Shown: positions 51,076 to 64,000 of the stretch, piece after piece
Layout: every line of letters starts with the position of its first letter
How positions within the stretch are numbered: the stretch's first letter is position 1
Source of the DNA: Macrostomum lignano
Taxonomy: Eukaryota
Length of the DNA: 64,000 nt
NCBI GenBank assembly: GCA_002269645.1
Contig: NIVC01001221.1
Location: 62,001 to 126,000, forward strand
Reading direction: 5' to 3'
Made by a program: the position numbers and the translations under genes
The notes under the pieces: generated by a model
What the model was told of the DNA's origin: nothing
The model's database searches: none
Seen by the model: only the letters and a program-made list of their open reading frames with translations

Positions 51076-53121
51076 TTCCGACTAGAAGGGGCTTTGCACT
51101 TACCTGCCAACTAGTGTCTTTTTGCTGTCTATCTCGAAGTCATAGCCGATGGTAAGGGACACTGCTGGGACTAGATCGCATTGGCCATCATGCAGGTACA
51201 GAGGGGACTTGTGCAGGGGATTCTTGCAGTGGCGAGTCTATGGAGTAGCTACATGTACTATAACATTGCTAAATACGAAGGTATGTACTTTTGGCCTTCA
51301 ACGCGCCAACTAGCCTCTCCTAGCGCTGATGATAGGCTAACTCGAACTTCAGAGACCTCGCATGATTCATTACCCGAGCCGCTTGGCTAACCTAGAGTGC
51401 ACAAAGTACATCTCTGGCGCCGATTCTGCACTTCTGGCAGTTTTGTTCACTGATTTGATAGATTGGTCGACTGAGAACTGCCTTGCCATTGGTCCACTGT
51501 GACCGGCGCCTACTAGCTTAGCTACTCATCTGAGCCATCGGCGAACAATGAAATAAAACCGATAAAAATAACTGTTAGATTTAACCTTCTCCTTAGTTCA
51601 CTTCACACTTCAGATTGAATTGGAGATTTAGACTACTAGCAGTATTAGAGAATGATTTCTGCCTCAGCAACAGCACTACTGAACAAGATGAGCAAAAGTG
51701 TGCGCCTAATTCAGCTACTGAAACAGGGGACAGATAGGGGATCACCCAATCAAGCAAGTCTAGGTAGCCTCTCACCCAACCAATCAGAAACCCAACAGCC
51801 GGAGACCAGGTAATCCACAGTGACCGAATCGGCTTGATGCTTCGCAGCTGTAGGCTCGGGATGATGCTGTCACAATCTTCGCTGTTAGCTAGCAGGTGAT
51901 GATCTTAACTTGATGTTCGCTGCTGGTGGCCGGGGGACTCGTCCTTGATGATGATGGGGGGGGGAAGTCGCAATCCGGGGATCAAGAAACGACGGTCAGG
52001 CTCCGGGAGGTCTCAAGCTAGGCCAAGGTCCACGGAGGAGTACGGTCCAAGCGGGCCAAAAACACCGGTTTAAATAGCCGCCAACTGGACCGCAGTTTGT
52101 TATAATGGAACACGTCGATTCTGATTGGCTGAGCCGATTTGTTAAAATGAGCGCCGAATTTTCTGATTGGCTAAGCTTGTTGCTACCCAGAATCACGTGA
52201 CCGGGAGATCCTATCAGTTCCCACAGGGTCGTAAAAAGATGACAGGTGCGGCCATAAATCAATCAAAATCGCAACAAAATGATTTATGACTTTTCGCGTA
52301 GGATTGACAGAAATTAATGAAAAAATATACATTAGAAAGCTCTTAATAAATAGAAAGTGAAGATAATGAAGAGAAATCGCTAATTGCTAATCCCAAAGTA
52401 CTTTTAGGGGTAAAACGCATAGCTGTCAAAGCTGTCACACGCATGAGTGAATCCGAACAATAGGCTCTGACCTCATAAATCTGGTGGCCTGTCAAAAACG
52501 ATGAGAAAAAAGCTATTATTCGCATCCCCTCAGACCCATCTGGCGTCAGCCTCAACACTGAGTGAGGCGCAGGTGGCTGTCAAACCGGCTTTGAGAGCGA
52601 TGATTTATGACCCAAAAAGTTACCCCTATGCTATTATGACTACTAGTATGACCAAACATTATATCTAGTATAGATTTCAAGTTAATTTGCAGAAAAAAGA
52701 TAAAAATGCCCAAAGCCTGCTGTGAGTAGGCTAGTACGAGCTCGTAAGTTTTAGAGCCCATGTGCTAGCGCGGGATTTAGGAAAAAGTGCGTCCTCATCA
52801 TGTCTAAGGTCAAAGATTGACCCATGCGACTTCATGTAGGTTACAATAATTAGCGCATCAAATGGTAAGTCAACTGATCAAGATCAATTCAAATTCAATT
52901 CTATTCAATCAGTAATAGATTGAAAACAATCAGGGGCGGATTTAGGGGGGGGGCGGGGGGGGGCAGCCGCCCCCCCAAAATAGCTTGACCGAACATATTG
53001 CGGCCCCCAAAAACCTAAATTTGCGCCCCCTAAACGTGATTTTTCGCCCCCTATACGCATTTTTTGCGCCCCTAAGCTTGATTTTTCGCCCCTAAATGCC
53101 TTTTTAGCGCTCCTAAGCTTG

Positions 53122-55720
53122 ATTTCACAACAAGTTGAAAACAGTGCCGAAAAAATGCACACACAACTTGATTTAAATTGCGTAACCAAATTGCTAACTT
53201 AAATTGAGACTGATACTGGCTGACTGAGAAATTGATTATGTCATAACTTTTTACTCTAACCGATTTGCTGAAAGTATTGAATTATAAGGGCCACAATTCA
53301 TGTTCTCCAATTGAAAAGAGATAGTCTAGATGCGAACAGACTGGACTGCTAATGAAGTGACCTGGGTTCGAATCTTAGTAGTGGAAAATGATTTTTTTAC
53401 TAAAACACTTTGAAAACACAAAATGCTAAACGTAAAAGAAGCGCAATGTCAAACATAAAAATGGCACCATGTCAAACATTATAGAGCCACCATGTCAAAA
53501 ATAAAAGAGCCACCATGTCAAACATATGTGACTCCATGTCAAACACTACAGAGCCACCATGAAGAACATTAAAGAGCCACCATGTCAAATATTAAAGAGC
53601 CACAATGTCAAACATTAAAGAGCCACCATGTTAAACATAAAAGAGCCTCCATGTCAAACATATATGTGACTCCATGTCAAACAGTAAAGAGCCACCATGT
53701 CAAGCATAAAAGAGCCACCATGTCGAACATAAAAGAGCCACCATGTCGAACATTAAAGAGTCACCATGTCAAACATTAAGGAGACACCATGTCAGACATT
53801 AAAAAACCCCAAATCAAACATAAAAGAGCTACCATGTAGAGCATAAAGGAGCCACGATGTCAACATAAAAGAGCCACCATGTCAAACAATAAAGAGCCAC
53901 CATGTCAAACACTAAAGAGTCACCATGTCAAACACTAAAGAGACACCATGTCAGACATTAAAAAAACCCAAATCAAACATAAAAGAGCTACCATGTAGAG
54001 CATAAAAGAGCCACGATGTCAACATAAAAGAGCCACTATGTCGAACATAAAAGGGCCACCATGTAGAACATAAAAGAGCTACCATGTAAGACATAAAAGA
54101 TACACAATTTCAAACGTAAAAGTAAGCGTCATGCCAATTTTAAAGGAGCCACTATAGAGCTAAGGGAATTGTTGCACTAGCTACTTATTGTCTGGTGGAT
54201 GCTTACTATTTGGGGATGGTTGCTATCTGGGGGGTGCTTGCTATCTGAGGGATGCTTGCTATCTGGGGGGTGCTTGCTATCTGGGGGAATATTAAAGAGC
54301 CACTATATCTAACATTAAAGAGCCACCATGTCAAACATAAAAGAGCCACCAAGAAGAACATTAAAAAGCCACCATGTCAAACATTAAAGAGCCACCATGT
54401 CAAACATAAAAGAGCCACCAAGAACATTAAAAAGCCACCATGTCAAACATAAAAGAGCCACCATGTCAAACAATAAAGAGTCACCATGTCAAACACTAAA
54501 GAGACACCATGTCAGACATTAAAAAAAACCCAAATCAAACATAAAAGAGCTACCATGTAGAGCATAAAAGAGCCACGATGTCAACATAAAAGAGCCACTA
54601 TGTCGAACATAAAAGGGCCACCATGTAGAACATAAAAGAGCTACCATGTAAGACATAAAAGATACACAATTTCAAACGTAAAAGTAAGCGTCATGCCAAT
54701 TTTAAAGGAGCCACTATAGAGCTAAGGGAATTGTTGCACTAGCTACTTATTGTCTGGTGGATGCTTACTATTTGGGGATGGTTGCTATCTGGGGGGTGCT
54801 TGCTATCTGGGGGATGCTTGCTATCTGGGGGGTGCTTGCTATCTGGGGGATGCTTGCTATCTGGGAGGGGGGGATGCTTGCTATCTGGGGGAATATTAAA
54901 GAGCCACTATATCGAACATTAAAAAGCCACCATGTCAAACATTAAAGAGCCACCATGTCAAACATAAAAGAGCCACCAAGAAGAACATTAAAAAGCCACC
55001 ATGTCAAACAATAAAGAGCCACCATGTCAAACATTAAAGAGCCACCATGTCAAACATTAAAAAGCCACCATGTCAAACATTAAAGAGCCACCATGTCAAA
55101 CAATAAAGAGCCACCATGTCAAACAATAAAGAGCCACCATGTCAAACATTAAAGAGCCACCATGTCAAACAATAAAGAGCCACCATATCAAACATTAAAG
55201 AGCCACCACGTCAAACAGAAAAGATACACAATTTCAAACGTAAAAGTAAGCATCATGCCAATTTTAATGGAGCCACAATGGAGCTAAGGAAATTTTTGCA
55301 CTAGCTACTTATTGTCTGGTGGATGCTTACTATTTGGGGATGCTTGCTATCTGGGGGATGCTTGCTATCTGGGGGATGCTTGCTATCTGGGGGGTGCTTG
55401 CAATCTGGGGGATCCTTGCTATCTGGCTATCTGGGGGATGCTTGCTATCTGGGGGATGCTTGCTATCTGGGGGATGCTTGCTATCGGGGGGATCCTTGCA
55501 ATCTGGGGGATGCTTGCTATCTGGGGGGTGCTTGCAATCTGGGAGATGCTTGCTATCTGGGGAATGCTTGCTGTCTTGGGATGATTTCTCTTTGCATTGC
55601 ACTTTATTTGAGCAGTTTGTCTGTTGTCTTTGTGAAGGCTTTATTTGGCTGTCTTTTTGTTACTCGTAGAGAATAGAGATTCTATCCAGATGTCCCCCAA
55701 TGGGGGGCGAAGATTGCTAG
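53122..55720 (+). mobile_element. Non-autonomous Helitron D (family B, 5'-truncated, triplicated subterminal module)
   Basis: Colinear with B from about 41935 onward. Same 23-bp and 19-bp arrays. 3' hairpin CCCCCAATGGGGG then AAGATTGCTAG|T at 55720. Confidence 0.82.
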
Positions 55721-55799
55721 TTATACTCTAAACCTTAAAATTGCACCCTGAAAGTGAGAATAGGGTGCGATTTTGTACCTTGTCTCTAGCAAAAAATGA

Positions 55800-56465
55800 A
55801 AGCCCTGCTCTCCTCCTCTATCCTCTTCTCTACTCTCCTTACCTCTCCTCTCTACTCTCTCCCCTCCTATATCTTCTTCTCTACTCTCCTTAACTCTCTC
55901 CCCTCCTATATCCTCTTCTCTACTCTCCTCAACTCTCTCCCCTCCTATATCCTCTTCTCTACTCTCCTTAACTCTCCTCTCTACTCTTTCCCCTCCTATA
56001 TCCTCTTCTCTACTCTCCTTAACTCTCCTCTCTACTCTCTCCCCTCCTATATCCTCTTCTCTACTCTCCTCAACTCTCCTCTCACTCTCCTCTCCCCTCT
56101 ACTCTACTCTCCTCACCTCTCATCTCCTCTCTACTCTCTCCCCTCCTCTATCTTCTTCTCTACTCTCCTCACCTCTCCTCTCTACTCTTCTCTCCCCTCT
56201 ACTCTCTCCTCTCCTCTCCCCCTCTACTCTCCTCTCCTCTCCTCACCTCTCCTCTCTCCCTCTACTCTCCTCTCCTCTCCTCACCTCTCCTCTCTCCCTC
56301 TACTCTCCTCTCCTCTCCTCACCTCTCCTCTCTCCCTCTACTCTCCTCTCCTCTCCTCTCCTCACCTCTCTTCTCTCCTCTCCCCCTCTACTCTACTCTC
56401 CTCTCCTTACCTCTCCTCTCCACTTCCCCTCCTTATCTTTCCTCTTCCTTCTCTACTCTCTCCCC
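55800..56465. repeat. Polypyrimidine (CT-rich) minisatellite degenerating into microsatellite
   Basis: Direct reading; explains ORF 55796..56497. Confidence 0.9.
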
Positions 56466-57849
56466 ACTCCCTACTCTGGCCCGCAATCATGCGCTAAGTT
56501 ATCAATCTGGCCCTTGACGGATTGAAGTAAAACTTTTGCCGACGCCTAAGTTAGTGGTACAAGCAAACTGAAACAAGCAAGGAACTATAATGACACTTAT
56601 CTTCTGCGTTGACTCCAAATTTGTAATGGAAGTAGAAAGTGTAGAAAAATAGTGAAAGAGTTGAAGTAGAAAGTTAGTAAGAAAATTATTGAGTAAGAGA
56701 GTAGGAAGGAAATTGAGCTTGAGTTGGAACTGAAGACAGACGTGTTTTAGACTGAAGAGACTGCAGACTGCAGAGTTAGAGATCGAGCTTTCAAACCGGT
56801 TCAAACCGGTTTATACTAGACAGATTGCTTTGTCTGCTTTCTGGGAATTTTCCACGTCCTATTTTCCATTAAGGTGGTTACTGTTTACGGGAAGTGAGGA
56901 AAGAGACTCCGTGCACCTTAGAGGACATCTGAGTTCGCATCTCCTCATCCAATGGCAGATGACCAATGCTTCGACGACAAGGCCAATGAAAAAGAGCTCG
57001 TCCGTCCCGTTTAGTTTAACAAAATAAAACATTTTTATTGCTTTTATTTTTGTATTTTCCCATTCCTTTTAAATAAAATATCACATGTTGTAACGTGGCG
57101 TAAAATTATTCTTTTTTCTCTTCAAACTGTAATTAATTTGCTTCGCGTCCTTGAACCGCACTACTAGTAGTGCAACAAGGATATGACAGGCAGAATCGTG
57201 TTTTATGCGCATTGCGAATGATTTTGCGACTGTCATTACACCTTACTAGACTGGTCAGCAGAGGAAATGTGGTAGCAAATTAATCAATGCGACAGACACA
57301 CTGCGCTGGAATACTGTTTACAGCTAGCACACAAGACTAATAACAAACAGCAGTAGTGATATAATAGACTGTTGACATTTCACGAATACATGTAAATGTA
57401 TAAGCATTTATGTTCTTGTTGCTAGTCTGTCTGCCTTAGTAGTATAGTGTCTGTCTGTCTGTCACTCATTTTGCGCAAGACACCCAGACACTGCATGTAA
57501 AAAACTGCAAAAGGACTTTTAACAGCTTTGTCATCACAGACAGATCAACAGACAGACAGACAGACGGCTTTTGCAGCAGCTACTTGTCTACATGCCCCTA
57601 GGCGCTGGGTAAAAGCAGAAACTTTTGTAGTCTGGAAGAGTTCCTCCGAAACGGAATGCAAAGAGTAAGTACTTTCGGCTGATAAGCAAGTGTTTTCCCT
57701 ACCTGCCGGATGCGACTTCGAAACTGTGATAATGATAGCCTCTCCACAGCGTCTTATTGATACTGGAGCACCTCCGACACTAACGCGGCCGGAATACCGA
57801 CTGGTGGAAATAGGTTGCGATTGCAGATTCCCGAAGGGCCGTTTATCTG

Positions 57850-60272
57850 TTCTGGACTGGCAGTTCATCAGACCTGGACAGTCTGGACTGGCGCTCATCG
57901 TTGCCGCAGGGCAGTTCATCAGACCTGGACAGTCTGGGCTGACGCTCATCGTTGCCGCAGGGCCTGGGCCTATTATTAGCGGTATTTAGCTTTAATTGTT
58001 GCTGCATGTCTACGCCAGGTACTGACTGGGTGGCTTGTACAGGCACCGAAGCGTGTTCGCCGGGAGTAGAAGCTTCTTCTGGCTCTTCGTCGTGCTGTTG
58101 TTGTGCCTCTTCAGTAACGACTGTAGAGTTGTCGGAAGCTGTTCGCAAAAAATCGTTTGCAAGGCTTGCAGATTCTTACTTTGTTGTTTGATAAACTCAA
58201 CAAGGGATACTAGCTTTCCACAGAATAGGGAGTTCCTAACTAACCCCATCCATCTTTCCGTATGACCTTCCGTGAAGCCAGCCGTCGATCGTGGAATCGA
58301 CGAAAATTTTTTTCCTCCGAGGAGTACCGTCCCGGCACAAGCAAAATGCCACTCCAGATACGAAGGAACGGAAACGCCACATCAATTAGCTTCTTGGCCA
58401 GCTCAAGGCTGTAGAACGGATTAGGAAATTCTGCGTTGGCTGCTTCTGCGTCAGACTCAGTGTCGAGCACAACTTGTTCTTCGATTCCTTTAGCCCAGTG
58501 CCAGAATGAAGTTGTGTGTGCATGATTGTGTCATCGACACGTTTGTACCAGCAGGTCTCTTGATGGACAAAGATTAGCATCATCGATCACGTCGTCATTT
58601 GCCTGCCGAAGTAGATCAAGAGCCTCTAAAACTGAACTTGACATCGGTTCTAGAAGAAGACAGAGAAATCTTTTCAACACTTGTTCAACTTGATAGAGGC
58701 TTGTGGAATGCTTTCTTCCAAGTACTCTGAACGTGCTTATTGCGACAGTTGGATACCTCCGGCCAGCAACAAAACTCGTAGACGATGTGACTTCTTCCAA
58801 ACCCAATCAGGGTGAAATTTCGCAGTTCAATAGCGGGATAGCTGCGACTCAAGACGCAATGCAATCACGCAAGTAGGTCACAATATCCATGCCATGGAAG
58901 CCAGAAAGGACGGCGCGCAGAGCCGGTATATTGTAGTCAATTACAACCTGATCGAAGCGCAAACCTGAAACTGATGTTTTGGCTGATGTAGTCCAAAGGT
59001 CAACAATATACTTTAGTGTTGCAGCAGTCTTCGATGAAGACAACAATTCTACATCGGCAACGGGAGCTTCTTGTCCACGAGGATGGCGTAAGACTAACGC
59101 GTGATAATACAAATCATTCTGAAGGCTTCCCGGCAAACGTGGAATAGGCGCACCAGTAGAATCCATTCCTAGCATGATTGGCATGCCCTGTGACCGTAGG
59201 GCACGTAGGAGGTCAAAACTACGATCATGCCAGAGCGGTACATAATGGGTTCACAAGCACCAATCTGTGTGGAGGCAGTACGCATGTACGCTGGTTGCAT
59301 TGACAACCCCGTCGCCAGAAGGTCAAACAACGGATCATTAGATGCTCTGTCTTGTAGACGCTGTCTGCTAGCTGCAAGTCAGAGTGTGTTAGCTGTCGGT
59401 ATTTCGGACATTGGAACGTTGCTAGCGGCAATTTCGGCGCGGACTTTAAAAGCATTTGTTGCTTCAACGCGCTGTGCAAGATCTACACGGCGGCTTCCAC
59501 GCAAGAGCCGGGGTGCAGAGATATGATTACTGGGAGGCTTTAGCACGCGAAGCACCCAATGCAGCCTGGTCTCGTCTGAGACTAATTTGAACTCTGCGCT
59601 GCACTCCTTGCTGTCGCAATACAGGTCAGCATTAATAACTCTATCGCCCATGTTAACTCGAAACCTGCGAGTGCACAAAGTGCAATTGACTTGGCAGGAA
59701 AATGCAGGAACAATGTCGTCTTGCCACCGCTGTTTTAGCCGTCCTTGCTCATTATCGAAAGATTGCTACACAAGCGAGTGACGAAACTCAGTAGGACTTG
59801 AAGTCGTGCCGATCGTACCAGAATCCAAAGCGGATCTAAAAATATCAAGAAATTCTTTCTGTAACTGAACAAATAGGCTTTTAGTTTTCACATTTGCATT
59901 TCTCCTTTCCCATATTTCCATCAGCTTTAAATTAAGCACAATATTATCCCAGCCTACTTATCTATCTATCTATAGAGTATATGTGTAGAAATTTCATCTA
60001 GGATGACCAAAGATTATAAAACACTTACACTGAGTTGCCGGAAGCCATTTCGACTTCTGAAAGAGCATCTGCGAGTACATTTCCCCGACGTAATTGGTCA
60101 TACAAAGCTCGACGAACTTGCTCGGATGTACCATCTAAACCCAACTGATTTGCAAGATCAGATACAGCACCGTTGGGCTGCCTCCAACTGGGAATGCTGC
60201 TAGAAAATAGATTGGGATCGACTTGGTCATTTAGGAAGACGCGCGCGATGTCAGAAGAAGAAGCTCTCTCGC
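57850..60272 (-). pseudogene. Decayed Mutator-superfamily transposase of the NOF/FB (120.7 kDa protein) type
   Basis: Joined frames give RLKQRWQDD..F..C.L, LGMDSTG (first D), LYYHALV, QVVIDYNIPALRAV..F..YL..C (second D), TLIGFGRSH (CxxH equivalent), NPFY...PFLRIWSGILL and GHTERWMGLVR (E). Several stops and frameshifts. A probable upstream exon lies at 60272-60031. The 3' end is uncertain. Confidence 0.72.
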
Positions 60273-60399
60273 CTGGAGAAAAATGAAAAGAGGGAAATAA
60301 TTCAATATTTTGATTATTCAATTAGTACCATTTGAGTTTAATAGAAAGAAAAAATAATTTAATTTATATTTTAAAATGAGATCGATTCAACATGAATCT

Positions 60400-60878
60400 G
60401 ACCACAGGTCCTCTTCAATGGTTGTCGACACGGGCTCTGCCTTCCTCAATCCAGCGCCCTTGCCCTCCGCAGTAGAAATCTTCATGGCCGCGTCCAAAGC
60501 CTTTCTGCTCTCTTCGAACTCGATGTCCGTCCAAATGCACCACTGACGGCGATACACATGGCGCATGTGGTGCTGTATTGACGAAAAGAAATCCTTTAAT
60601 GTCCCAGCGGAGTAGCGATCGTTCCTCTTTGTCCTGACCTCCAGAATGAAACTTTTCATTAGAAAGTTCAAATCGGACTTCGAGAACTCATCTGCGTCTT
60701 TCAGTACCATGAGCGCGGGTCCACCGTCGGAACACCAGAGTACTTTCTTCGCCGCATGCCACTCTTGAAAAGTAGCAAACATCCAGCGACATTTCTTTAG
60801 CGTGTTTGTTGGAACCGCTCCTTCGATGAGTGAACTGACTTCTTCGTCAGTCAGATTGACAAATTTTTCGGTAGCCAT
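60400..60878 (-). pseudogene. Crypton-type tyrosine recombinase (DUF3504/ZMYM-KCTD1-like), N-terminal part only
   Basis: FVNLTDEEV..PTNTLKK..W..F.EW, LNF.M..FILEVR....YS..TL...IQ, EFEESRKALDAAMK....GKG..RKAEPVS...EEDLW is the CryptonA pattern. Homology ends at EEDLW, before the catalytic residues. Confidence 0.8.
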
Positions 60879-61584
60879 TTTAACTAGCTAGCTAAGCCAA
60901 GCACTCGCGCTGTCTCTCTTCTTTTTACGAGCGCGTCTTTCATTTAGCGGTACAGTACCTTAATGCTAGTGTCTATGGCCATTTTTGCTTTTAGCTTTGT
61001 ACTTATGCTATTCAACAGAGGGATACATATAATATTCCCCATTAATACCAAGTGTTAATTATGCATCATTGTTGACATACAGTTGCGAAATTCTTACCAA
61101 TAAGTGATAGATTGGCGGACTTTTCAGTTCAGCTGTAATTAAAATAGTACTCGTAATATTCGATGACGATAAGAAAGGTTTTGGATTATAACTTTGTGAC
61201 AGCAGGAGTTGTTAAAATATGAGAAATCAAGCTGGATAAAGAAGACACAATAAACAAGAGAAAACACTACAAGGAAATAGCCATATAGACTGCCAGGTAA
61301 AATTACTCTAAAGAATTTACAAAATTAAAAGGTGACTTTAATACGTAATTAACATAGTGTCCCAACACATGTTTAAAGACACCAAAATAAAAAAACTTGC
61401 CTCAACGAAGCTTGCAGTAGCCTGTTGACATGCCACTTTAGCTGTAAAAAAACATTGAAGTAATTGCAATGAAGAAAGAAGAAAATTAAATTCAAGACTT
61501 AAAAAAGACATAGCACATTAATAAGATATAAAGCCTTAAGGACAGTGATTAAACAGTGCATCACAAAAATACTCTACAGCTGGT

Positions 61585-61710
61585 AGAGTTGGCATAGAGT
61601 TGGTATGGAGTTGGTATGGAGGGTATGGATTTGGTATGGAGTTGGTATACAGTTGGTATACAGTTGGTATGGAGTTGGTATGGAGTTGGTATGGAGTTGG
61701 TATGGAGGGT
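61585..61710. repeat. 14-bp tandem repeat (GGAGTTGGTAT core)
   Basis: Direct reading. Confidence 0.85.
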
Positions 61711-61969
61711 ATGGACGTATCCACTCGCACGGTACTCGATACTCGCAAACCCTCGCATCGCATCCGCCTTCTACTTCCCTTGAGGTGTGGTGTTTAGAAG
61801 AGAAAATAAGTAATCCTTTTCATGAATGGGTCTCCAGGGCTGCAAAATAACTTTGTTCCGCACCTAAATGGATACGCGACTTCTGCACCGCAAGGCCGAT
61901 ATCTCTCACAGCAGATGCTGAATGACAGCTTGATGACAAAAGTAAGCATGTAGAAGAAGAACCCGCGGC

Positions 61970-62065
61970 TTGGTCACCAGCAGAATGGGCGCCGTCACCA
62001 GCAGAATGGGCGCCGTCACTGGCAGAATGGGCGCCATCACTGGCAGAATGGGCGCCATCACTGGC
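61970..62065. repeat. 21-bp tandem repeat GTCACCAGCAGAATGGGCGCC, about 4 copies
   Basis: Direct reading. Confidence 0.85.
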
Positions 62066-62734
62066 ACGATCTTTGTCTATTTGCGTTTCTCATCCCCCCT
62101 TATAGTTCTATCCCTGCCAGGGCTAGCTCGAGCCCCCCCCCTCTGTGTGGTCCCTGGGGCAGGGTTTGGGGGCTAGAGCCTCACCCATGGTCTTGGGGCG
62201 CCTCCCCTCTACCCCGACCCTTGTGCAAAGCGCTGAGCTCCCCGTCAACTTAGTAAGGGCCAAGACCCGCTGATAAGGAAGGGGCGCCGCATAGTTTTGT
62301 CAGCCGATTGGGGGGGGGGCACGGCCCCCTTGACCCCTCTGGCTAGGCCCCTGGCTGGGATACAGATGTGCTGTAGCTAGCCCAGTCTGCTATGAAAGGT
62401 CTAATTTTAGATCAGCTACGATCTGTGAGCGGACACAGCAGGTATCAATAGATGTACTACTGGCAGTAAAGTGAGAGGGAAAATACAATAAAATACTTGA
62501 CTATAGCTAGTTTCAAGAGATATCGCTTCCAGACCTGTTTTAATGAGTCTCCTATCACGAAATTTTCTGGCAGAAATTCCCTAATTTCCTACCGCAGGAC
62601 GACAGCACATGGATATACAAAATGTCTTATTAAGAGCTGCCTTACTGAACGAAAACTATGATTCATCACTACTTTCTCTCGGTTGGACTAGAGATCTTCA
62701 TGGTTTCTGGGGACAAGGGGGGCCTGCTGTCTGG

Positions 62735-62950
62735 GCCTGGATGCTGCTGCTACTGCAGCCCGTGCTAGATCGGTATTTGCGGCCTGAGCTGAACGGTTTC
62801 CGGCCCCATCGCGGCACAATGGCGTAGTCCTGGCTCTTCGCCGAGTCATCGAGGAAGAGGAAGTGTGGACCCCCCACTCGAGCCTGATTGCTCTCTTTAT
62901 TGACTTGAGGAAGGCTTTTGACTCGGTCGTGAAGGCCGTGCTCCCATGGT
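62735..62950 (+). pseudogene. Degraded RTE-like reverse transcriptase fragment
   Basis: LQPVLDRYLRPELNGFRPHRGT / VLALRRVIEE / FIDLRKAFDSV across frameshifts. Confidence 0.75.
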
Positions 62951-62965
62951 GCTTCGGGGACAGCG

Positions 62966-63358
62966 ACGTTTGCCTGCGGGACGTTTGCCAGCCGACGTTT
63001 GCCAGCCGACGTCTGCCAGCCGACGTTTGCCAGCCGACGTTTGCCTGCAGGACGTTTGCCTGCGGGACGTTTGCCTGTGGGACGTTTGCCAGCCGACGTT
63101 TGCCTGCGGGACGTTTGCTAGCCGACGTTTGCCTGCGGGACGTTTGCCTGCAGGACGTTTGCCTGCGGGACGTTTGCCTGTGGGACGTTTGCCAGCCGAC
63201 GTTTGCCTGCGGGACGTTTGCTAGCCGACGTTTGCCTGCGGGACGTTTGCTAGCCGACGTTTGCCTGCGGGACGTTTGCCAGCCGACGTTTGCCTGCGGG
63301 ACGTTTGCCAGCCGACGTTTGCCTGCGGGACGTTTGCTAGCCGACGTTTGCCAGCCAA
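62966..63358. repeat. 14/15-bp minisatellite (GACGTTTGCCAGCC / GGACGTTTGCCTGCG)
   Basis: Direct reading. Confidence 0.92.
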
Positions 63359-64000
63359 CATTAAGTCAGTGAGTGAAAAATTTGATACTGAAATGTTCGC
63401 AGTTTAGCGGTTTTTTAGTCCAAGTTTTTGACGGTTGTTCGCATGTATAAAAGTTCGAAAACAAAAGCTACACAAATTATGCAGTTCATCAATCTAGCAT
63501 CTAGTTTAACAGCAATTTATTTGAATGTGAAAATATAATAAAGTTTACTTCTGACAGTTTTGTATCGCTTTTCTCCAGTTTGAGATGTTTCATTTTTGAT
63601 TTGCGAATGAAGACACGCAAATTTAAACGGGAATCTCAAGCGAGCCAAGTTTTGAGCAAATAAAAGAACTGCTGAACGATAATTCTGGCTTATATATTTC
63701 CCAGTTCATTGGGAGATCCGAAAGTAAGCGAATTAATTCCAATGCAGCTTGTCAAGTGCACGCTGTCATGGTCAAAAACTCCGTTAAACAGAGTTTGGCT
63801 TTTGAGTTAAGTATATATAGGCGAGACTAAGCAAATACCATTATGGATGTCTCAGTCTTTTCCCATTTAGCTTGTATACACTTAGCTTGTTTGGCTGCTG
63901 TGCAACACCGGACGGCCTGTCGGATTTCAACCTAACTTACAGGCACCCTACCGGCGGGGACAGGCGCGCACTCGGCTGCGATGCTGGCCACGAAATATTT

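Noticed and set aside
60272-60405. In-frame Crypton-to-MULE splice
   Set aside because: The candidate donors are weak (GTCAGA, GTTGAA), and the better one gives a stop within a few codons. It is kept only as a hypothesis.
62108-62361. Small hAT-like MITE (CAGGG...CCCTG)
   Set aside because: The termini are ambiguous and no TSD could be identified.

Overview
Repeat-dominated eukaryotic (metazoan) DNA. The style (kb-scale intronic minisatellites, TTAGGG-like repeats, GC-rich coding patches in AT-rich DNA) suggests a flatworm such as Macrostomum, but that is inference. One host gene is clearly recognisable: the first two exons of a MINDY3/FAM188A deubiquitinase on the minus strand (9503-9267 and 8021-7830). 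Its intron 1 holds a G-rich minisatellite, and its intron 2 holds a >7.7 kb 24-bp satellite with higher-order structure. The rest is a transposon graveyard. It contains: three different DNA-transposon families inserted within 49 bp of ancestral sequence (clean TSDs); a truncated Gypsy LTR+PBS+gag; a LINE 3' end; a decayed four-exon BED-finger transposase-like gene; a head-to-tail array of non-autonomous Helitrons carrying minisatellites and stacked decayed terminators; a couch potato/RBPMS pseudogene fragment; a near full-length RTE-type LINE with a 5' inversion and 10-bp TSD (twin-priming signature); a decayed NOF/FB-type Mutator transposase; and a Crypton recombinase 5' fragment. An intact orphan exon of about 1 kb (40095-39053) is unexplained. 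No rRNA, tRNA or CRISPR array was seen. All family calls come from motif recognition by eye; no database searches were run.
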